Shown here: piece after piece, positions 60,458-64,000 of the stretch | Layout of the letters: every line of letters begins with the position of its first letter | Position numbering within the stretch: the stretch's first letter is position 1 | NCBI GenBank assembly: GCA_963708025.1 | Contig: CAVPSB010000025.1 | Coordinates: forward strand, 64,001-128,000 | DNA length: 64,000 bases | Direction of reading: 5' to 3' | Source of the DNA: an uncultured Candidatus Rokubacteria bacterium | GTDB lineage: Bacteria; Methylomirabilota; Methylomirabilia; Rokubacteriales; DASRDR01 | Made by a program: the position numbers and the translations under genes | The notes under the pieces: model-generated | What the model was told of the DNA's origin: nothing | What the model saw: the letters and a program-made list of their open reading frames with translations, nothing else | Database searches by the model: none

Positions 60458-61726
60458 CTAGCGGCCGCCGGCGAGCGCGGGGACGGGTCCCGGGGCCCGG
60501 AGGCCGAGCGCGGCGAGGACCGCCGCGACGCCGACCAGGGTGCTGCCGAGGTAGAGCGTCCAGTACGAGCCGAGCGAGTCGAAGACCAGGCCGCCCGCGT
60601 AGGCCCCCAGCCCCATGCCGATGGCCGAGATGAAGAAGATCCCGCCGAAGGCGGTCCCGATCACCCGCTCGCCGAAGTACTCGCGGGCGACCAGGGCGTA
60701 GAGGGGCATCGCCCCGCCGTACGTGAAGCCGAAGGCGAGCGCCACGGCGAACAGGGGGACCTGGTCGTGGGCGGCCAGGTAGGTCGAGAGGGCGACCGCC
60801 TGCAGGGCCAGCATCCCGACCAGCGCCGGCTTGGCCCCGAACCGGTCGGCCAGGAGCCCGCTGCTGATCCGGCCGCCGATGCTGGTGGCGCCGGAGAGCC
60901 CCAGCATGACGGCAGCGGCCATCCGGGGGACGCCGAGGTCCATCGCGTGCGTCACCATGTGGAAGATCGGGCCCGAGTGGGCGGCGCAGCAGCCGAAGTG
61001 CACGAGCCCGATCAGCCAGAACGCCGGGTGGCGGAGGGTCTGGCCCACGGTGAAGCGCCGGGCCGGGGTCGCGGGGGGCCTCGACAGGCTCGCGCCGGCC
61101 CCGTACTCCTGGAGCCCGAGGTCGGCCGGGCGGTCGTGGATCCACCGGATGACGGCGAGGCCGACGGCCCAGGTCAGGAGTCCGAAGAGCGCGAACGCCG
61201 CCCGCCACCCGAGCGCCGTGATGAGGGCCCGGGCGGTCGGCGGCACGATCATGATCCCGAGCCCCATGCCGGCGTTCAGCAGGCCGAGGGCCAGCCCCCG
61301 GCGGGCCGCGAACCAGCGGGTCGCGGTGGCCGAGAGGGGCACGTAGAAGGCGCTGGACCCGGCGGCGCCCAGGACGCCGAACGCGAGGTAGAGCTGCCAG
61401 GCGGCGCCGACCCGGCTCGACAGCAGCATGGCGAGTCCCAGGAGCAGGACGCCGAGGCCGACCACCCGCCGCGTGCCGATCCGGTCGGAGAGCGCGCCCC
61501 ACACGAAGGCCCCGAGCCCGAAGATCAGCCAGTTAACGAGCGCGACGCCCGAGATGAGGGAGCGACTCCAGCCGAACTCCTCCTCGAGCGGCTTGAGGAA
61601 CACGGCCAGGGACATGATGATGCCGATACCGACCGCCACGATGGCCACCGCGGCGGCCAGCACGATCCAGCCGTAGAAGACCCGCGGTCCGGCCGGGACC
61701 GCGCGCGCACCGGCGGGAGCAGACAC
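60458..61726 (-). CDS. MFS transporter
   Basis: VFYGW, GALSDRIG, RRGLALG, GLLADRFG motifs, multiple TM segments. Confidence 0.9.
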   Translation of the reverse strand: MSAPAGARAVPAGPRVFYGWIVLAAAVAIVAVGIGIIMSLAVFLKPLEEEFGWSRSLISGVALVNWLIFGLGAFVWGALSDRIGTRRVVGLGVLLLGLAMLLSSRVGAAWQLYLAFGVLGAAGSSAFYVPLSATATRWFAARRGLALGLLNAGMGLGIMIVPPTARALITALGWRAAFALFGLLTWAVGLAVIRWIHDRPADLGLQEYGAGASLSRPPATPARRFTVGQTLRHPAFWLIGLVHFGCCAAHSGPIFHMVTHAMDLGVPRMAAAVMLGLSGATSIGGRISSGLLADRFGAKPALVGMLALQAVALSTYLAAHDQVPLFAVALAFGFTYGGAMPLYALVAREYFGERVIGTAFGGIFFISAIGMGLGAYAGGLVFDSLGSYWTLYLGSTLVGVAAVLAALGLRAPGPVPALAGGR

Positions 61727-61739
61727 GCCGCGGATTATA

Positions 61740-61929
61740 TCAGGCAGGGCGCCGCGGTGGACGGACCGGCACCCCCGCCCGCCGCGAGCACCCGGCGAGG
61801 ACGCCGGCCAGCCGGTCCACGGCCGCCTCGATCTCGGCCGCCGGGCACGCGGCGAAGCCGAGAACGAGCCCCGGCGGGCCAGGAGCCCGGACCCGGAACG
61901 CCGACAGGGGAACCGCCTCGATCCTCCAT
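61740..61929 (-). pseudogene. Remnant of a MocR/GabR-type PLP-dependent regulator (start codon plus last ~60 codons)
   Basis: IEAVPLSAF..PGLVLGFAA..EIEAAVDRLA is a typical MocR C-terminus. It is preceded by GGAGGGAGC-ATG, out of frame. Confidence 0.6.
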
Positions 61930-62014
61930 GCTCCCTCCGTAAATGGCCTGCCAGTTTCCCGATAAATGGCCATTGTGGCAAGTCCACTCCCCGCCTACTC
62001 TGCGCGGGAGAGCG

Positions 62015-63271
62015 ATGGGACCCGGGAATCCGGACGAGGGTGAGGTGACGGCGCGCCCCGCCGCTCGGCGCGCCCGGGAGAACGTGATCCGACGGCCCGC
62101 GGTCGTCGCGGTCGCGGGACTGGTGGCGCTCGCGGTCGCCATGGGAATCGGGCGCTTCGCCTTCACGCCGATCCTGCCGATGATGCAGGTCGATGCCGGC
62201 CTGTCCGTCGCCGAGGGCGGGTGGCTGGCCTCGGCCAACTACCTCGGCTACCTGCTCGGTGCCCTGTCGGCCATGGTCGTCCGGATCCGACCCACGACGG
62301 CGATTCGCGTCGGTCTCGGCGCGATCGGGACCGTCACCGTCGCGATGGCGGTCACGCACCGGCCGGGGGACTGGGTGGCGCTGCGCGCGATCGCCGGGGT
62401 CGGGAGCGCGTGGGTGCTGGTCTTCGGGTCGGCGTGGTGCCTGGACCGGCTCGCCCCGCTCCGGCGTCCCGTGCTGAGCAGCGCGGTCTTCGCCGGCGTC
62501 GGCGTCGGGATCGCGGTGGCCGGCGGATTCTGCCTGGTGCTGATGGCAAGGGGCGCCGGCTCCCCGTACGCGTGGACCGGCCTCGGCATCATCGCGCTCG
62601 TCGCGACGGCCCTCGTCTGGCCTGCGTTCGGCCGGGAGGTCGAGGCGGCGACGCCGGACCGACCCCCGGGGAGCCCCGGAAGTGGCTGGAGCGCCGACCG
62701 GGTGCGCCTCGTGCTCTGCTACGGCGCCTTCGGGTTCGGCTACATCATCCCCGCGACGTTCCTCCCGGTCATGGCGCGGCAGGCCCTCCGGGATCCGTCG
62801 ATCTTCGGGTGGGCCTGGCCGCTGTTCGGCGCCGCCGCGGCGGCGTCTCCGTTCGCCGCTGCCGGGCTGTCGAGACTCTTCGGGAACCGACGTCTGTGGA
62901 GCCTGAGCCATTGCGTGATGGCGCTCGGCGTGGCGCTCCCCATCGTCTGGCCCGGCGTCGTCGGGATCCTGTGGGCCGCCCTCCTCGTCGGCGGCACCTT
63001 CATGGTGATCACGATGACCGGCATGCAGGAGGCGCGGCGGGTCGCGGGTGGCCAGGCCACCGGCCTCATGGCGGCGATGACGTCGTCATTCGCCGCGGGG
63101 CAGATCGTGGGCCCCCTCTGCGTGAGCTACCTCGCACGGGCGAACGGCTCCTTCCGGGAAGCGCTCGTCATCGCATCCGTGGCCCTGGCCGCCAGCGCCG
63201 GCGTGCTTGCCTGGTCTCCGGGGCTGCCGACGCCGCCGGAGCCGGCGCCCCCGCCTCCCTCGAGCGCGTGA
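62015..63271 (+). CDS. YbfB/YjiJ family MFS transporter (start uncertain)
   Basis: AMGIGRFAFTPILPMM, LASANYLGYL, FGFGYIIPATFLP motifs. Confidence 0.88.
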   Translation: MGPGNPDEGEVTARPAARRARENVIRRPAVVAVAGLVALAVAMGIGRFAFTPILPMMQVDAGLSVAEGGWLASANYLGYLLGALSAMVVRIRPTTAIRVGLGAIGTVTVAMAVTHRPGDWVALRAIAGVGSAWVLVFGSAWCLDRLAPLRRPVLSSAVFAGVGVGIAVAGGFCLVLMARGAGSPYAWTGLGIIALVATALVWPAFGREVEAATPDRPPGSPGSGWSADRVRLVLCYGAFGFGYIIPATFLPVMARQALRDPSIFGWAWPLFGAAAAASPFAAAGLSRLFGNRRLWSLSHCVMALGVALPIVWPGVVGILWAALLVGGTFMVITMTGMQEARRVAGGQATGLMAAMTSSFAAGQIVGPLCVSYLARANGSFREALVIASVALAASAGVLAWSPGLPTPPEPAPPPPSSA

Positions 63272-63272
63272 G

Positions 63273-63368
63273 ATGCTCGGCGCCCTGACCTGCCTCGTCG
63301 CCTTCCAGCTGGCCGGCGAAGTCACGGCGCGGGCGCTCGCGCTGTCGGTTCCGGGTCCGATGATCGGG
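63273..63368 (+). pseudogene. N-terminal stump of a CidA/LrgA holin-like protein
   Basis: Manual translation MLGALTCLVAFQLAGEVTARALALSVPGPMIG, after which similarity stops. No LrgB follows. Confidence 0.65.
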
Positions 63369-63383
63369 ACGCCGCCCGGATCT

Positions 63384-64000
63384 TCAGAGCCAGGGGCGGT
63401 TCCGGGGCTCGCGGACGCCGGCCAGCAGCGCGAGCGCGACCAGCATGGCGGCGGCCAGGCCGTACCAGCCCCAGTCGTACGCGGCCAGCCGGTCGGCGGC
63501 CGCGCCGAAGAGCGGGGCGCCCACGATGACGCCGATCGAGGAGACCGCCAGGCACAGGCCCACCGCGGTCGCCGCCGAGTCGCGGCCCGCGATCTCGGCC
63601 AGGAGCGTGTGGTGGACGCCGTTCCAGCCGATGCCGGTCAGGCCGAAGCCGAGGGCGACGAGCGACAGCGCGAGGCCGGTGCCGCGCGGGCCGACCCAGG
63701 CAGTGGCGAGGCACAGGGCGGCGGTGGCCACCCCGGCCAGGACCAGCACGACCAGCCGGCGCCCGCCGAAGACGCGGTCGGACAGGACTCCGAAGACGAC
63801 GCGGCCGAGCGTGCCCGAGAGCTGGGCCTGGCCGAGCACGACCCCGGCCGCGACGGCGGACAGCCCGGCCACCTCGCTGAGGTAGAGCGGCAGGTAGCTG
63901 ATCCACGCCACCTGCACGGCCGCGAACAGGAAGGTGGCCAGCGAGACGAGCCAGATCGGCCGGCTCGTCAGCACCTTGCCGACGCGCGGCCGGCGGGGGG
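63384..64000 (-). CDS. MFS transporter, C-terminal part (starts beyond window)
   Basis: YLPLYL, GVLSDRVFGGRR, PLFGAAAD motifs. Confidence 0.85.
   Translation of the reverse strand, partial: PRRPRVGKVLTSRPIWLVSLATFLFAAVQVAWISYLPLYLSEVAGLSAVAAGVVLGQAQLSGTLGRVVFGVLSDRVFGGRRLVVLVLAGVATAALCLATAWVGPRGTGLALSLVALGFGLTGIGWNGVHHTLLAEIAGRDSAATAVGLCLAVSSIGVIVGAPLFGAAADRLAAYDWGWYGLAAAMLVALALLAGVREPRNRPWL

Noticed and set aside
58608-61502. 964-aa ORF as a single giant binding protein
   Set aside because: The upstream part is an off-frame read through the MFS gene, a repeat and a promoter. The real protein starts at 59921 or 60035.

Overview
Very GC-rich bacterial DNA. The gene content (three Liv-type ABC systems with their own binding proteins, Opp/Dpp and sugar ABC systems, Tat-exported binding proteins, class III CoA-transferases, UbiD/UbiX) and the GGGGGG..CCCCCC intergenic hairpins suggest a Ca. 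Rokubacteria/Methylomirabilota-like genome (inference). Contents in order: opcA-zwf-rpiA; a Liv operon; an Opp operon interrupted by a ParE-type toxin-antitoxin pair; a small accessory island (SEC-C protein, HTH, orphan cas6 5' stump, UPF0158, DUF222-HNH); an FprA-like reductase; a CoA-transferase pair; vapBC; tenA-ubiX-CoA ligase-ubiD; two more Liv systems; a double sugar ABC cluster; and MFS genes. I found no rRNA, tRNA, CRISPR array or transposase. The most unusual signal is intergenic. Several families of modular palindromic repeats sit immediately after stop codons inside operons. In two families each copy carries an ATG 11-14 nt after the upstream stop, and in most copies that frame stays open, despite different copy lengths, and ends on or next to the downstream start codon. 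This suggests non-polar 'ribosome relay' elements. The window also has about 7 deletion-scar gene stumps and several +1 frameshifts that look like sequencing errors. All family assignments come from motif recognition, not database searches.
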